Assembly: GCA_041671225.1 (NCBI GenBank)
Contig: JBAZBY010000001.1
Coordinates: forward strand, 238,940-302,939
From: Patescibacteria group bacterium
GTDB taxonomy: Bacteria; Patescibacteriota; Patescibacteriia; JBAZBY01
DNA: 64,000 nt
Reading direction: 5' to 3'
Positions 41,467 to 52,091 of the stretch are shown piece by piece (the first letter of the stretch is position 1; every line of letters begins with the position of its first letter). The position numbers and the translations under genes are program-made. The notes beneath the pieces were generated by a model. The model saw only the letters and a list, made by a program, of their open reading frames with translations, was not told the DNA's origin and ran no database searches.

Positions 41467-43091
41467 AGACTCCTTTGTTCCGAAAAACGCGCGTCGTAAA
41501 TCTTCGTGTCCTCATCCTCATAGACCAACGGAAAATCAGTTTCGCGCTGAATGAGACGATCCATGGCAGTGTGGTCCTTGGTCAAAAACACCCACGAAGC
41601 CTGCAAGTCATTGCGAATGACTTCAGAAGGATCCCCCTCAAAAGTCCCGGTGGTTATGGCCACCCAGTCCGCATGTTTTTCTTTATCTGCAAGATAGAAG
41701 AAGGTTGCATCTAATCCAGCGATATATCTCCCGTCAGGATTGTAGTAAAACAACATAGGGAACTCATCCCAATCACTGTGAAAAACAATATCCCCGGGTG
41801 CGCTGATCACCTTCAGTGCCTGCATACTGCGCTCGTATGTTGAAAGGCGAAAACCGCTCGTAAAGTCAGCCCGTTCGGTGATGATGTCGCGTATAAGAAC
41901 TGTGGGAAACAAAATACCGATGACGGTCATGACCGCAACAAGGAACGCTCGCGCCATTCCTCCTTTCTTCCAAGAGGGAAGAAACGGCAGGTGCTTTGTC
42001 AATGCATCACGGCCTAAGGTGTCGGCAATTGCAAAGGCGGCAAAGGCCATACCGAGCGGCACATAATATTCCACATAGCGACGCGACTTCAGTGTAAAAA
42101 GAAAAAGGAACGCGGTCAGGAGAAAGAGTGCCCAGCTTTGCTTGGATTGTCGTTTCAGTGTCATGAAAAAAGCTGGCAACGCAATGACCAAAACAATGGT
42201 AAGAAGAATGGTATTGAGGAGAAGCTCTTTTGCGGCGTAAGGATACCATTCACCGCCCACACCAATTTCTTTTTGTGCATTCAGAACACCAATCTGCACA
42301 AACTGATCCCAGAGAAATCGTACATTCTCCGGAAAATAGGGATTCAATACGATACCAAACACAAAACCAATAAGTACCGCAAGGATAAGCTTTATGTGCA
42401 AATGCTGCTGAGAGCGAAAACGCAAATGGCGGCCCATGCCCGCAAACATCTTTCCGACCGCACCACGATGATCAGCACCCCGCGCGGTATTTACGATGAT
42501 GCTCATGGTAAAAAAGAAAAGGAGTGCCACCCCAAGAAGAGGGAATCCGCCATGAATAAAGGTATACAAAAATGCGAAGAAAAAAAGCCATCGCGAGCGG
42601 AAGTGCATGAGCGCCCATAATGCAAGAAAAAATATAATGAGCGCAGGTGCGGTTGCTTTTGCAAGGCCGAGTCGAAAGGTAAACGGGTTAATGAGAAGCA
42701 GGGCAAATGAAAAAAGGAGTGGCCAGCGCACCGCGAACGACTTGAGAAAAAAATAGAAAACAAGAATAAACACCAATGCCAATACGACCGTGGCAATCTT
42801 AATACCAATAAGTGGATCAAACGCTGTTACAAAGGGGATAAGAAAAAGGTGGTACCCAAAGTGTTGGTCTGCAAACGCGTTTGCGAGTGTTGTGTGCGGA
42901 AGCCAGGGGAAATTCTGAACCAACCCGTCTGTTGCCATGCGCTGAGCAATGCCCGCATGGTAAAACGAATCTGGATCAGGAAAATAGAATGTCGCCTCAT
43001 AAAAAAGAAAGAGTGCAACAGTGGCAATCACGAGAATGAGCGGCGCCATCCAGAACCACTCTCTGCGGATACTTTGTACGATGTGCTTCAT
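41463..43091 (-). CDS. Polytopic membrane protein, probable GT-C glycosyltransferase
   Basis: DPDSFYH, NPY, EWYP, RYVEY, SDWD and GLDATF motifs. Confidence 0.7.
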   Translation of the reverse strand: MKHIVQSIRREWFWMAPLILVIATVALFLFYEATFYFPDPDSFYHAGIAQRMATDGLVQNFPWLPHTTLANAFADQHFGYHLFLIPFVTAFDPLIGIKIATVVLALVFILVFYFFLKSFAVRWPLLFSFALLLINPFTFRLGLAKATAPALIIFFLALWALMHFRSRWLFFFAFLYTFIHGGFPLLGVALLFFFTMSIIVNTARGADHRGAVGKMFAGMGRHLRFRSQQHLHIKLILAVLIGFVFGIVLNPYFPENVRFLWDQFVQIGVLNAQKEIGVGGEWYPYAAKELLLNTILLTIVLVIALPAFFMTLKRQSKQSWALFLLTAFLFLFTLKSRRYVEYYVPLGMAFAAFAIADTLGRDALTKHLPFLPSWKKGGMARAFLVAVMTVIGILFPTVLIRDIITERADFTSGFRLSTYERSMQALKVISAPGDIVFHSDWDEFPMLFYYNPDGRYIAGLDATFFYLADKEKHADWVAITTGTFEGDPSEVIRNDLQASWVFLTKDHTAMDRLIQRETDFPLVYEDEDTKIYDARFSEQRSL

Positions 43092-43178
43092 AGGTCGCGT
43101 AATGTAACCCTTTTAGTATAGCAAAAAGACGCTTCTCCACAGGCATGGACTGGAGAAGCGTCTCCCTGCCCCAACGTA

Positions 43179-44213
43179 CTATTTCTTAAGCTGCGCCTTG
43201 AAATAATCCACCCACGGCACGGTTGTTGGGTTCACACCGTGCTGCAAAGCAAGCCCAAGTGAAAAAGTTGAGGCCCACGCAAGGAGTTCTGCGGTGGCCA
43301 AAACAACATCTTTTGTATCAGACGCGACTGTTTCAACCTTGATATGGTTGCGCGTAAGCACCTCTTTTGTTACTGCCATACGCTTTTGGATCTTCGCTAT
43401 ATCGCCAGAAAAAGGAAGCATGAGCGCCAACATTGGCCGCTTGCTCACTGGGGGAAACTTCAATCCTTCTAAAAGATGGTGGTTGCTTTCGGGAATCTCA
43501 TGCCAGTGCGCGGTCACTTTGCCTGTTTCATTACATTGATTCTGCAATGCATGCGCAACACCGGCAGCGCGAGGAGAACTAAAAATAAGCAACTCATGCT
43601 TTGCATACTTCTTTGCAACACCAAAAGGTCCCTTCTTTCTGTCTCGCATCCATGTGCGAATTTTTTTCCGTAAAAGCGGGGTCACCTTCTCTACTCTCCC
43701 TTTGGTAATAATGCTCATGCCCATGCCATGAAACAGTCCCAAGAGCGTCCCGAGCATCATGGGGAGTCCAAGACGAGGCTGACCAGAGGGGTTTGTCTCA
43801 ACGGGTAATGCCACAAACGGTGTACGCTGCTTTTTTGCAAGACGTTCTAATGCATCACCCATAGCAATCGCAGCGGTCATGGCACCTTTTGCTTTTGCAT
43901 CGGTAAGCGCAGAAACCGCTTCCTCTGTTCCTCCAGAATATGAAAGCACCACAACAAGTGTCGTACGGTCGACCCATGAGGGAAGAGTGTAATTGCGAAC
44001 GCGCGTTGTGGGAACAGGAAGCCCAAAAACGGAATCAAAAATGTGCGCGGCAAGGTGAGAACCACCCATGCCGGCGAATACAACTGCTTTTGGTGTGCGT
44101 TTCATTTTTTTTGCTGCTGCCGCCCCGACACGAAATCCTTCCGTGAGTTGCTCCGGGTATGAGAGGATCGTTTCCTCAACAGAGATCGCTGCCTTTAAAA
44201 ATGTTCTTGGCAT
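43179..44213 (-). CDS. Bifunctional phosphoglucose/phosphomannose isomerase (SIS type)
   Basis: GMGGS, SYSGGTEE, QPR, NETGK, PESNH. Confidence 0.88.
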   Translation of the reverse strand: MPRTFLKAAISVEETILSYPEQLTEGFRVGAAAAKKMKRTPKAVVFAGMGGSHLAAHIFDSVFGLPVPTTRVRNYTLPSWVDRTTLVVVLSYSGGTEEAVSALTDAKAKGAMTAAIAMGDALERLAKKQRTPFVALPVETNPSGQPRLGLPMMLGTLLGLFHGMGMSIITKGRVEKVTPLLRKKIRTWMRDRKKGPFGVAKKYAKHELLIFSSPRAAGVAHALQNQCNETGKVTAHWHEIPESNHHLLEGLKFPPVSKRPMLALMLPFSGDIAKIQKRMAVTKEVLTRNHIKVETVASDTKDVVLATAELLAWASTFSLGLALQHGVNPTTVPWVDYFKAQLKK

Positions 44214-44344
44214 GCGCTTATGCTATCGAACCTTTTGTATTTACACAAGAGGAAATCAATTCGCGTGTTGACGAAAGACCAAAAAATCAGTACACTCCTG
44301 ATGCTGTGATGCGTTTTTCCTTTCGCGGAAGTCACAGAAAAAAT

Positions 44345-45061
44345 ATGTCCGGACATAGTAAGTGGTCTACAATCAAACGCCAGAAAGGTGCCGCGGATAA
44401 TAAGCGCGGCAATCTTTTTACAAAACTTGCGCGCGTCATCACTCTTGCGGTTCAGGAGAGTGGCAAGGATCCAGAAATGAACTTTCGTTTGCGCATTGCG
44501 CTTGACCAGGCGCGTCAGGCAAACATGCCAAAGGATACCATTGAACGCGCTATCCAACGCGGAGCCGGTGAAGACAACGATGCGCCTATCCACCCTGTTC
44601 TGTATGAGGGTTTTAGCCCTGGTGGTATTGCTATTCTTATTGCAGGCGCAACAGACAACCCAAATCGCGCTGTTGCAGATGTGCGCCATGCGGTAACAAA
44701 AAGCGGCGGGCGCCTCGGTGAACAGGGTTCAGTGCAATGGATGTTTGAACAAGTTGGCTTTATTCGTATCTCAGCGGTTGAAGGAACAGAACGAGACGCC
44801 CTCGAATTGGCAGTGATCGACGCGGGCGCAGAAGACATACAAGAAGAAGACGGCACGCTTGATATCATAACGAATCCAGATAAACTCTCCGCGGTTCTTG
44901 CTGTGTTAAAAAAACAACACATTGAACCAAGGTCTGCAGAAATAACCTTTCTCCCAAGCAACCCGACAGAGGCAGATGACGCGGCGCGCGAAAAACTCGA
45001 AAAGCTAACCGATACCTTGCTTGATCTTGATGATGTTCAGCAAGTGTACGCTGCGGCATGA
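44345..45061 (+). CDS. yebC: YebC/PmpR family protein
   Basis: MSGHSKWSTIKRQKG, NMPKDTIERAI, YEG, TDNPNR, DDVQQVY. Confidence 0.95.
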   Translation: MSGHSKWSTIKRQKGAADNKRGNLFTKLARVITLAVQESGKDPEMNFRLRIALDQARQANMPKDTIERAIQRGAGEDNDAPIHPVLYEGFSPGGIAILIAGATDNPNRAVADVRHAVTKSGGRLGEQGSVQWMFEQVGFIRISAVEGTERDALELAVIDAGAEDIQEEDGTLDIITNPDKLSAVLAVLKKQHIEPRSAEITFLPSNPTEADDAAREKLEKLTDTLLDLDDVQQVYAAA

Positions 45062-45537
45062 TTATTCTTGGCATTGATCCGGGATATGGACGCACAGGGT
45101 ATGCGGTACTCCGCGTTCGGGGTCCACAACGCATTGATCTTATAACCTATGGCTGCATAGAGACGGCAAAAACACTCGAACACCATAAACGCCTCACGCA
45201 ACTTGATAAAGAAGTTCGAAACATTATCGTTCGCTACAAGCCGGACCTTCTCGCCATTGAAAAACTCTTCTTCGTAAAAAATGTCACAACAGCGCTCCGT
45301 GTTGGGGAAGCGAGGGGGGTTGTTCTCGCTGCTGTAGGCACATGGAAGATGCATGTTGTCGAATTTTCCCCTGCAGAAGTGAAACAAGCGGTCACTGGGT
45401 ATGGCAACGCAACAAAAATGCAAATTCAAAGGATGACACAAAAACTTTTCAACCTCAAAAAAATGATAACGCCGGATGATGCAGCAGACGCCGTTGCTAT
45501 TGCCTGGGCCGCATCATCGCAAAAACACGCTCTATGA
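45058..45537 (+). CDS. ruvC: Holliday junction resolvase
   Basis: ILGIDPG, IEKLFF, EARGV, VKQAVTGYGNATKMQ, DDAADA. Confidence 0.95.
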   Translation: MIILGIDPGYGRTGYAVLRVRGPQRIDLITYGCIETAKTLEHHKRLTQLDKEVRNIIVRYKPDLLAIEKLFFVKNVTTALRVGEARGVVLAAVGTWKMHVVEFSPAEVKQAVTGYGNATKMQIQRMTQKLFNLKKMITPDDAADAVAIAWAASSQKHAL

Positions 45538-46988
45538 GTCTCAATATTGCAACAATTGCATCTGAAGTTGCTCCATTCTCAAAATCTGGAGGCTTAGGCG
45601 ATGTGACGCGTTCCTTGCCGAAGGCATTGAATACACTGGGGCATAACGTGATAACCATCACACCATTTTATCTTGAAACATCCCAGCAGGGCTTTCCGCG
45701 TCAAGAAATTGGAACAACAAGTTACACCATCCAAGGTAAAAAATACAACATTCGCTTCCTGCTTGCGCATGTGAACGCGCAGATGCCGATCGTATTTGTT
45801 CATTGCGAGGATCTTTTCTTTCGCCATCGCATGTATGGCTTCCCGGATGACAACCTACGATTTTATATCTTCAGTCTTGCGGCATTTGAGGCAATGCGTC
45901 AATTGAAGTTTCGTCCTGATGTATTGCATTGCCACGATTGGCACGCTGGTCTTATGCCAAACCTTCTCGTAAAAAAATTTGCAAAGGAAGGCCTCTTCAA
46001 AAAAACACGTACACTCTTTACTATTCACAACCTGCTTTTCCAGATGCAAGGTGATTGGTGGAGTGTTGCCCCAAAAAACCATGACCGCGGAAATGGATTG
46101 CCTCCGACAACCGCTGATCAACTCAAGCGCGTGAATTTCACACGGCGGGGCATTATCTTTGCTGACGTCATCAATACCGTCTCAGAGCGCTACGCATGGG
46201 AAATTCTTACGCCAGAATTTGGCCAGGGTCTAGAGCATAAACTGCAGCAGCGTAAAGATGATGTCTACGGCATTATTAATGGCATTGATTACACCGTCTA
46301 TAACCCGGTATATGATGAGAATATCTGGTATAAATACGATTGGAATGCTTTGGACAAAAAAAGAAAAAACAAATACAAACTACAAAAACTTCTGAAGCTA
46401 GAACCAAATACCGATATCCCAATGCTTGGCGTGGTGCATCGTCTCACGGAACAAAAAGGATTCCATTTAATCCAAAAATTACTTCCCGTGCTCATGAAAA
46501 TTCCGCTGCAGATCGTTATTGTGGGGAGCGGAAGTAAAGACATGGTGCGCGACTTCAAAAAATGGGCGAAGAAATACCCAAGGCGTATCGCCATTGTTTC
46601 TCCATTTACCGAAGAAACCGGCTCGCGCGTTTATGCAGGATCAGATATCTTCCTCATGCCTTCTCGCTATGAGCCGTGCGGCATCTCACAACTCATCAGC
46701 CTTCGTTATGGTTCTGTTCCTATTGTGCATGAAACAGGTGGTCTTTCTGATACCATCACCAACTACAACCCAAAAACAGGTCGTGGAAATGGCTTTGTTT
46801 TCTCCACCTACATGCCAGAAAACTTCCTTGTTTCTATTGTTCGTGCGCTGGAAACATTCAAATACCCGCGTGTGTGGGAAAACCTCACATGGCAGGCAAT
46901 GCGCACCTCATTCTCTTGGGAACTCCCCGCAAAAAAGTACGTTCAATTATATCGCCTCGCACTGAAAGATGACAAAAAGAAGCGATGA
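45534..46988 (+). CDS. glgA: Glycogen/starch synthase, copy 1
   Basis: SEVAPFSKSGGLGDV, HCHDWH, TIHNL, RLTEQKG, PSRYEPCG. Confidence 0.93.
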   Translation: MSLNIATIASEVAPFSKSGGLGDVTRSLPKALNTLGHNVITITPFYLETSQQGFPRQEIGTTSYTIQGKKYNIRFLLAHVNAQMPIVFVHCEDLFFRHRMYGFPDDNLRFYIFSLAAFEAMRQLKFRPDVLHCHDWHAGLMPNLLVKKFAKEGLFKKTRTLFTIHNLLFQMQGDWWSVAPKNHDRGNGLPPTTADQLKRVNFTRRGIIFADVINTVSERYAWEILTPEFGQGLEHKLQQRKDDVYGIINGIDYTVYNPVYDENIWYKYDWNALDKKRKNKYKLQKLLKLEPNTDIPMLGVVHRLTEQKGFHLIQKLLPVLMKIPLQIVIVGSGSKDMVRDFKKWAKKYPRRIAIVSPFTEETGSRVYAGSDIFLMPSRYEPCGISQLISLRYGSVPIVHETGGLSDTITNYNPKTGRGNGFVFSTYMPENFLVSIVRALETFKYPRVWENLTWQAMRTSFSWELPAKKYVQLYRLALKDDKKKR

Positions 46989-48232
46989 AGCTTACCTGGG
47001 CAAACTTTTTTCACATCTACCAGCCACCGGACTGGGATCCAAAAATCATACGAAAGGTCTCGCGTGAAAGCTATGAGCCATTTTTTGCTTTTTTGATCGA
47101 AAACGATCACGTCCGTGTCACGCTCAACATGACGGGCTCGCTGCTCGTTCAGCTTTTGCAGCACAACATCACGGAACCTCTTGGGCTCCTCAAGCGTCTC
47201 CTGATGCGTGGACAAATACAAATTACCGGTACGCCAAAGTACCACCCCCTTGCGCCACTCCTGCCTTTTCATCATGTGCGGCGACAAATAACCCAACACC
47301 ATGACCTGCTCCGTGAATACTTCAACATGCAACTACCGCTTGCTGGATTCTACCCGCCAGAGATGGCTATTTCACCTGATCTTCTCACGCATATCGCCAG
47401 AGAAGGATTTACGTGGGTTATCACTGATGATTTCCTTATCCCAAAAGGACAAACACTGCGCCCACAGGATGGCGCCATATTTGAACATACCAACTTGCGC
47501 ATCGTTTTCCGAAATCATGTGGTTTCTGATTACCTTGGTTTTTTTGGTAAGCCAGGGGAAACAGGCAAACATCTTCAAGAGGTTATTACAAAAGAAACAG
47601 GACAAGACACATTAATCCTCACAGCGATGGACGGTGAAAATCTTGGTCATCATCGCCCAGAGTCTCTGCCGATGTGGAAAACGCTGGTCAGCGACCAAGG
47701 AATAGAAACCATTACTGTCTCCGAATATCTTGAACGACAACAGAGCGTAACGGAACTTATTCCGGCAAGTGGTTCCTGGTCAACCCTCCCTGAAGATATC
47801 GAGCGTCATATTGCCTTTCCGCTCTGGAAGGATCCCGAAAATCCCATCCATATGTTGCAATGGCGCCTTACGGATGCAGTGCTCGCCGTGGCAGACCGTT
47901 GTGCGGAAAATGATCATGCAACCTTTGATGCGATCGACCGCGCAGTCATCTCTGACCAATATTGGTGGGCAAGCGCAAAACCGTGGTGGGATCGCGATCT
48001 TGTCATCCGACTTGCAGATCGAATGGCGGATTCTGTTGAACGCTTAGACCTCAATGCAGCAGAACGCGAAGAAATCCGCGAGACGGTTCGTGAGATACAC
48101 TCAATGGCCAATGAGTGGCAAGAAAAAGGTATTGCCCAAAAACACCGAGCTGCATTCCTTGCAAAGGAGAGTGGAGTCCGGTATTTTGGTGGAGAACGTA
48201 TTACAAACACCTGGGGATCCCAGGAACACTAA
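46985..48232 (+). CDS. GH57-family glycoside hydrolase
   Basis: HIYQP, PPEM, AMDGENLGHH, SDQYWW. Confidence 0.88.
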   Translation: MKLTWANFFHIYQPPDWDPKIIRKVSRESYEPFFAFLIENDHVRVTLNMTGSLLVQLLQHNITEPLGLLKRLLMRGQIQITGTPKYHPLAPLLPFHHVRRQITQHHDLLREYFNMQLPLAGFYPPEMAISPDLLTHIAREGFTWVITDDFLIPKGQTLRPQDGAIFEHTNLRIVFRNHVVSDYLGFFGKPGETGKHLQEVITKETGQDTLILTAMDGENLGHHRPESLPMWKTLVSDQGIETITVSEYLERQQSVTELIPASGSWSTLPEDIERHIAFPLWKDPENPIHMLQWRLTDAVLAVADRCAENDHATFDAIDRAVISDQYWWASAKPWWDRDLVIRLADRMADSVERLDLNAAEREEIRETVREIHSMANEWQEKGIAQKHRAAFLAKESGVRYFGGERITNTWGSQEH

Positions 48233-48244
48233 GCTGCTTTTCAT

Positions 48245-49633
48245 ATGTTGTGGGCAAACTTCCTTCACTTCTATCAACCACCGACTCAAAAAGCATTTTG
48301 GGTTATTAAAATCGCCAACGAAAGTTATCGTGTTCTTGTGCGTCGTTTCAAAGAAAACCCGAAGGCGCGGGCAACGATCAATATCAATGCCGGCCTTACT
48401 GAGCTCTTTATAGAGCATGGCTGTGAGGATGTTGTTGCCGGCCTCCGCGAGCTCGCTGAACGTGGGCAAATCGAATTCACTGCAAGCGCAAAATATCATC
48501 CGTTCCTGCCGTTAATGCCGGAAGAAGAGATACGGCGTCAAATTGAACTCAATACAGAAACAAACAAAAAATACTTTGGCGATGCATACTCCCCAAAAGG
48601 ATTCTTCCCGCCAGAGATGGGATACAATCGTACCGTCGCGGATGTTGTACATAACATGGGTTTCAAATGGCTCATTATCGATGAACTGGCAATGAGTGGA
48701 AAAATGGACGAACTGAAGGGCGACACGGTCTACACGCTTAAAGGGGCAGAAGATTTTTCCATTTTCTTCCGTGACCGTAACACGAGCTTCCGTATTCTTT
48801 CTGCTGAAGTCGGCGTGAGTATCTTCTCCAAAGGCCAACTCCTCGCTTTGCTTGGAGATCGCGTGAATACCAATGAGTACATGATCACGGCAATGGATGG
48901 AGAAACATTCGGCCATCACCGCCCCGGGCTTGATGATTTACTTTTTGAACTCTACGAGGCAAAAGAGCTTGAATCTGTGACGATCTCAGAAATAAACGAC
49001 CGCATAACAAAGCGCAAACCAGTAGACCCGCGTCCCTCAAGTTGGGCGCTGATGAAGAAGGATCTTGAACGCGATACTCCGTATTCACGTTGGAATGACT
49101 CAGAAAATGAAATCCACCAGATGCAATGGGAGCTCACTGAAATGGCGATTGCTGCCGTGCATAATCTCTCTCCTGATGATGCTGGCTTCCCAAAAATCCG
49201 CATGGCATTGGATCGTTCGCTCCACTCAGATCAATACTGGTGGGCAAGTGCATCACCATGGTGGAGTATTGAAATGATGGAAGCGGGCGCAAAGGAGTTA
49301 AAGGATGTAGTGTACGCGAGTCCCGCATCAACGGAAAAACAAAGAATGCGCGCACTAGAACTCTACCAAGGCATCGTCTTTACGGCGTTCGAATGGCAAC
49401 GCGCTGGTAAGGTAGATGAAATGGTAAAAGATGCAGATGAAGATGTAACGCAACGCATTACAAAGGAACTGCCGCATATTCCAAAGGAAGAATTTGATAG
49501 CATGGTCAAAAATCTTGACAGACAAATGCTGACCGCGGCAAAGAACAAAGAATACGAACGCGCAGCGCAACTTCGTGACCGTATCAGTGAACTTGAGGGT
49601 AAACGAGAAGAAATTACCGGAATCAAAACATGA
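48245..49633 (+). CDS. GH57-family glycoside hydrolase with a C-terminal UVR (UvrB/UvrC) motif
   Basis: HFYQP, PPEM, AMDGETFGHH, SDQYWW, and MLTAAKNKEYERAAQLRDRI. Confidence 0.88.
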   Translation: MLWANFLHFYQPPTQKAFWVIKIANESYRVLVRRFKENPKARATININAGLTELFIEHGCEDVVAGLRELAERGQIEFTASAKYHPFLPLMPEEEIRRQIELNTETNKKYFGDAYSPKGFFPPEMGYNRTVADVVHNMGFKWLIIDELAMSGKMDELKGDTVYTLKGAEDFSIFFRDRNTSFRILSAEVGVSIFSKGQLLALLGDRVNTNEYMITAMDGETFGHHRPGLDDLLFELYEAKELESVTISEINDRITKRKPVDPRPSSWALMKKDLERDTPYSRWNDSENEIHQMQWELTEMAIAAVHNLSPDDAGFPKIRMALDRSLHSDQYWWASASPWWSIEMMEAGAKELKDVVYASPASTEKQRMRALELYQGIVFTAFEWQRAGKVDEMVKDADEDVTQRITKELPHIPKEEFDSMVKNLDRQMLTAAKNKEYERAAQLRDRISELEGKREEITGIKT

Positions 49634-50622
49634 AAGAAAGAAAATATCCCGTCCCCGCGTCGGCACAAAAACTGATCGATCGCATTGTTGCCCGTGAAAA
49701 TCTTACTATCATACAGGTTTTTCGTACCGGTCCTCGTTTTTACGTAGCCGAAGTGCTTTACAATAAAAAGCGCGCCCTTCTTAAGGTATGTATCCATACG
49801 AAATCGGATGACTACTGGACGAATCTCAAGTTTGGAAAGGAAGTGCTTTTTCTCCAATATCTTAAAAAATCCAAACACCCCGGCAGCCGCTCACTTGCTC
49901 CGCATATTTATGCTGGAGGAACTGGTTCACGTTCATGGTACATCCGCGAATATATAACCGGAACGCAATACAATATCCGGCAAGGCAATATACGTTTTAG
50001 GGATACGTTCTTCACAACAAAAAACAGAAAAGATATTGTCGCCTCTTTTCAGGACTTGCAAAGCATTCGGTCATCGCACCTTCCACAAACATTCAGGAAG
50101 CTGCTTGGTCGCTACGATACCATTGAGCAGGAAGAAAAATTACTCGCGCCGTATTGGGCGCGTATTGCCGGCTTCATTCACGACCCAAAAGCAAAGCGGG
50201 ATCTCCCGCGAATGCTTGCCGAACAAAGTGTTGTGTATGACCATACGCCAAGCGTTCTCTCCCACCAAGAGCCCTATGCGAGTCACTTTATTCGTACGGG
50301 CAACAAACTGCGTCTTATTGATTGGGAAAATATTAACTGGACAAACCCGGTTCATGATCTCTCAAAACTCTGGATGCGGGCAGCAAAACATCCCCGTTGG
50401 CAAGAAGCAATAAAAAAGGATGCACAACGAATCACAAAGCCGCTTCTTGGTGACCATTTTGATGCGGTGTGGGAAACATCGCTCCTAATAAAAAGCCTGT
50501 TCAATGTGGTTAGCTTCCCGTATTATAAAGACCAGGCGGACTTTCGCCCGCTTCACGCAGTTTCACAGCGCATGATAAAAGAACGGCTTCATGTGTGGCG
50601 TCATAAGCGTGCATCCTCATGA
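49630..50622 (+). CDS. APH/choline-kinase-like phosphotransferase (atypical catalytic loop)
   Basis: LLKV, SHQEPYASH in place of HGDxxxxN, LIDWE, PVHDL. Confidence 0.7.
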   Translation: MKERKYPVPASAQKLIDRIVARENLTIIQVFRTGPRFYVAEVLYNKKRALLKVCIHTKSDDYWTNLKFGKEVLFLQYLKKSKHPGSRSLAPHIYAGGTGSRSWYIREYITGTQYNIRQGNIRFRDTFFTTKNRKDIVASFQDLQSIRSSHLPQTFRKLLGRYDTIEQEEKLLAPYWARIAGFIHDPKAKRDLPRMLAEQSVVYDHTPSVLSHQEPYASHFIRTGNKLRLIDWENINWTNPVHDLSKLWMRAAKHPRWQEAIKKDAQRITKPLLGDHFDAVWETSLLIKSLFNVVSFPYYKDQADFRPLHAVSQRMIKERLHVWRHKRASS

Positions 50623-52091
50623 ATAAACCAAATATACTCTTTGTCAGTGCAGAACTTACGCCGGTCGCAAAGGTCGGCGGTCTTGCTGATGTTGCCGCGG
50701 CACTCCCAAAAGCACTCAACCGCACTGGACTTGCTGATGCGCGTCTTGTACTTCCATTCTACGATGTTATCCGTGAAACGGATCCGGCCGTTACCGTCGT
50801 ACTAGAGGATCTTGTTGTCCCTACGCCACAAAAAAAAGAGCATGTGCGCGTTCTGCTCGCGGATATTGCCGGAAATAACGTGTATCTTCTGGATCATGAA
50901 CGTTTTGCGCACGGCGGCGTGTATATGCAGAAGGAGCAAAAACAAGACCCTTTTGCAGAGACAAGTCGTTTTGTCTTCTTTTCTCAAGTCATTACGCGCC
51001 TTATGATGACGCTTCCGGACTTTATGCCTGATGTACTCCACTGTCATGACTGGCACACGGGCCTTGTGCCGGCGCTCGCAAAACACTCGCTTGGCGACAA
51101 CTGCCCGGCTACGGTCTTTACGATTCATAATCTTGCAATGCAAGGACGATGGAACCGCGAGGAACTCCTTGCAGCGCTTGGACTTGAGGTGGATGCGATA
51201 GAAACCTTCTCCCGCACTGACACGCACGGTAATCTCTCCATTATTGAACAGGGCATTTTGAATGCCGATATCGTGAACACCGTCAGTAAAACCTACGCAA
51301 AAGAAATTCTCACCGAAGAATACGGCGCTGGTTTAGAAAAAACACTGCAAGAACGAAAAAGTGACCTCTACGGAATAGTCAATGGTATTGATGTTGAACA
51401 CTTTAATCCAGCATCAGACACTGCCCTCGCTGCAATGTATACAGCGGATAATGTAACGACAGAAAAACTGAAAAACAAAGTGGCGTTGCAGAAAGAATTG
51501 GGCCTCACAGAAAACCCATCGATACCGCTCTTTGGATTTGTGAGTCGCCTCACGGATCAAAAAGGAATGGAACTCATTCTTAAAGCGCTTCCCCCGCTTC
51601 TTGAAGCCGGGAGAACGCAGTTGGTTATTCTCGGAACAGGGGACCCGACAATTGAAGCGGCAACGACTGCGCTAGGAAAAAAATACTCGAGTGCCGCCGG
51701 TATTAAGATCATGTTTGATGCAGCGCTTGCGCAGCGCGTCTATGCGGGATCTGATTTCTTCCTTATGCCATCAAAATTTGAGCCTTGCGGCCTTGGGCAA
51801 CAAATCGCGCTCCGCTATGGTGCGGTGCCTATCGCTCGTTCAACAGGTGGCTTGGTAGACACCGTTCCAGATTACACAGAAAATAGCACACTGGGAGTTG
51901 GTTTTCGTTTTGATGCATTCACAAGTGAAGCCCTTACAGAGGCTCTTGAAAGGGCAATAGCGCTCTTTACGGAATGGCCTGAGGTATTCCATGAGCTGCA
52001 AAAACGCGGCATGAAGCAGGACCTTTCTTGGAACCGTTCTGCACCGGAATATGCTACACTATATGCGAAAGCACTAACCAAACGGGGGTAA
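50619..52091 (+). CDS. glgA: Glycogen/starch synthase, copy 2
   Basis: KVGGLADV, HCHDWH, SRLTDQKG, PSKFEPCGLGQ. Confidence 0.93.
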   Translation: MNKPNILFVSAELTPVAKVGGLADVAAALPKALNRTGLADARLVLPFYDVIRETDPAVTVVLEDLVVPTPQKKEHVRVLLADIAGNNVYLLDHERFAHGGVYMQKEQKQDPFAETSRFVFFSQVITRLMMTLPDFMPDVLHCHDWHTGLVPALAKHSLGDNCPATVFTIHNLAMQGRWNREELLAALGLEVDAIETFSRTDTHGNLSIIEQGILNADIVNTVSKTYAKEILTEEYGAGLEKTLQERKSDLYGIVNGIDVEHFNPASDTALAAMYTADNVTTEKLKNKVALQKELGLTENPSIPLFGFVSRLTDQKGMELILKALPPLLEAGRTQLVILGTGDPTIEAATTALGKKYSSAAGIKIMFDAALAQRVYAGSDFFLMPSKFEPCGLGQQIALRYGAVPIARSTGGLVDTVPDYTENSTLGVGFRFDAFTSEALTEALERAIALFTEWPEVFHELQKRGMKQDLSWNRSAPEYATLYAKALTKRG

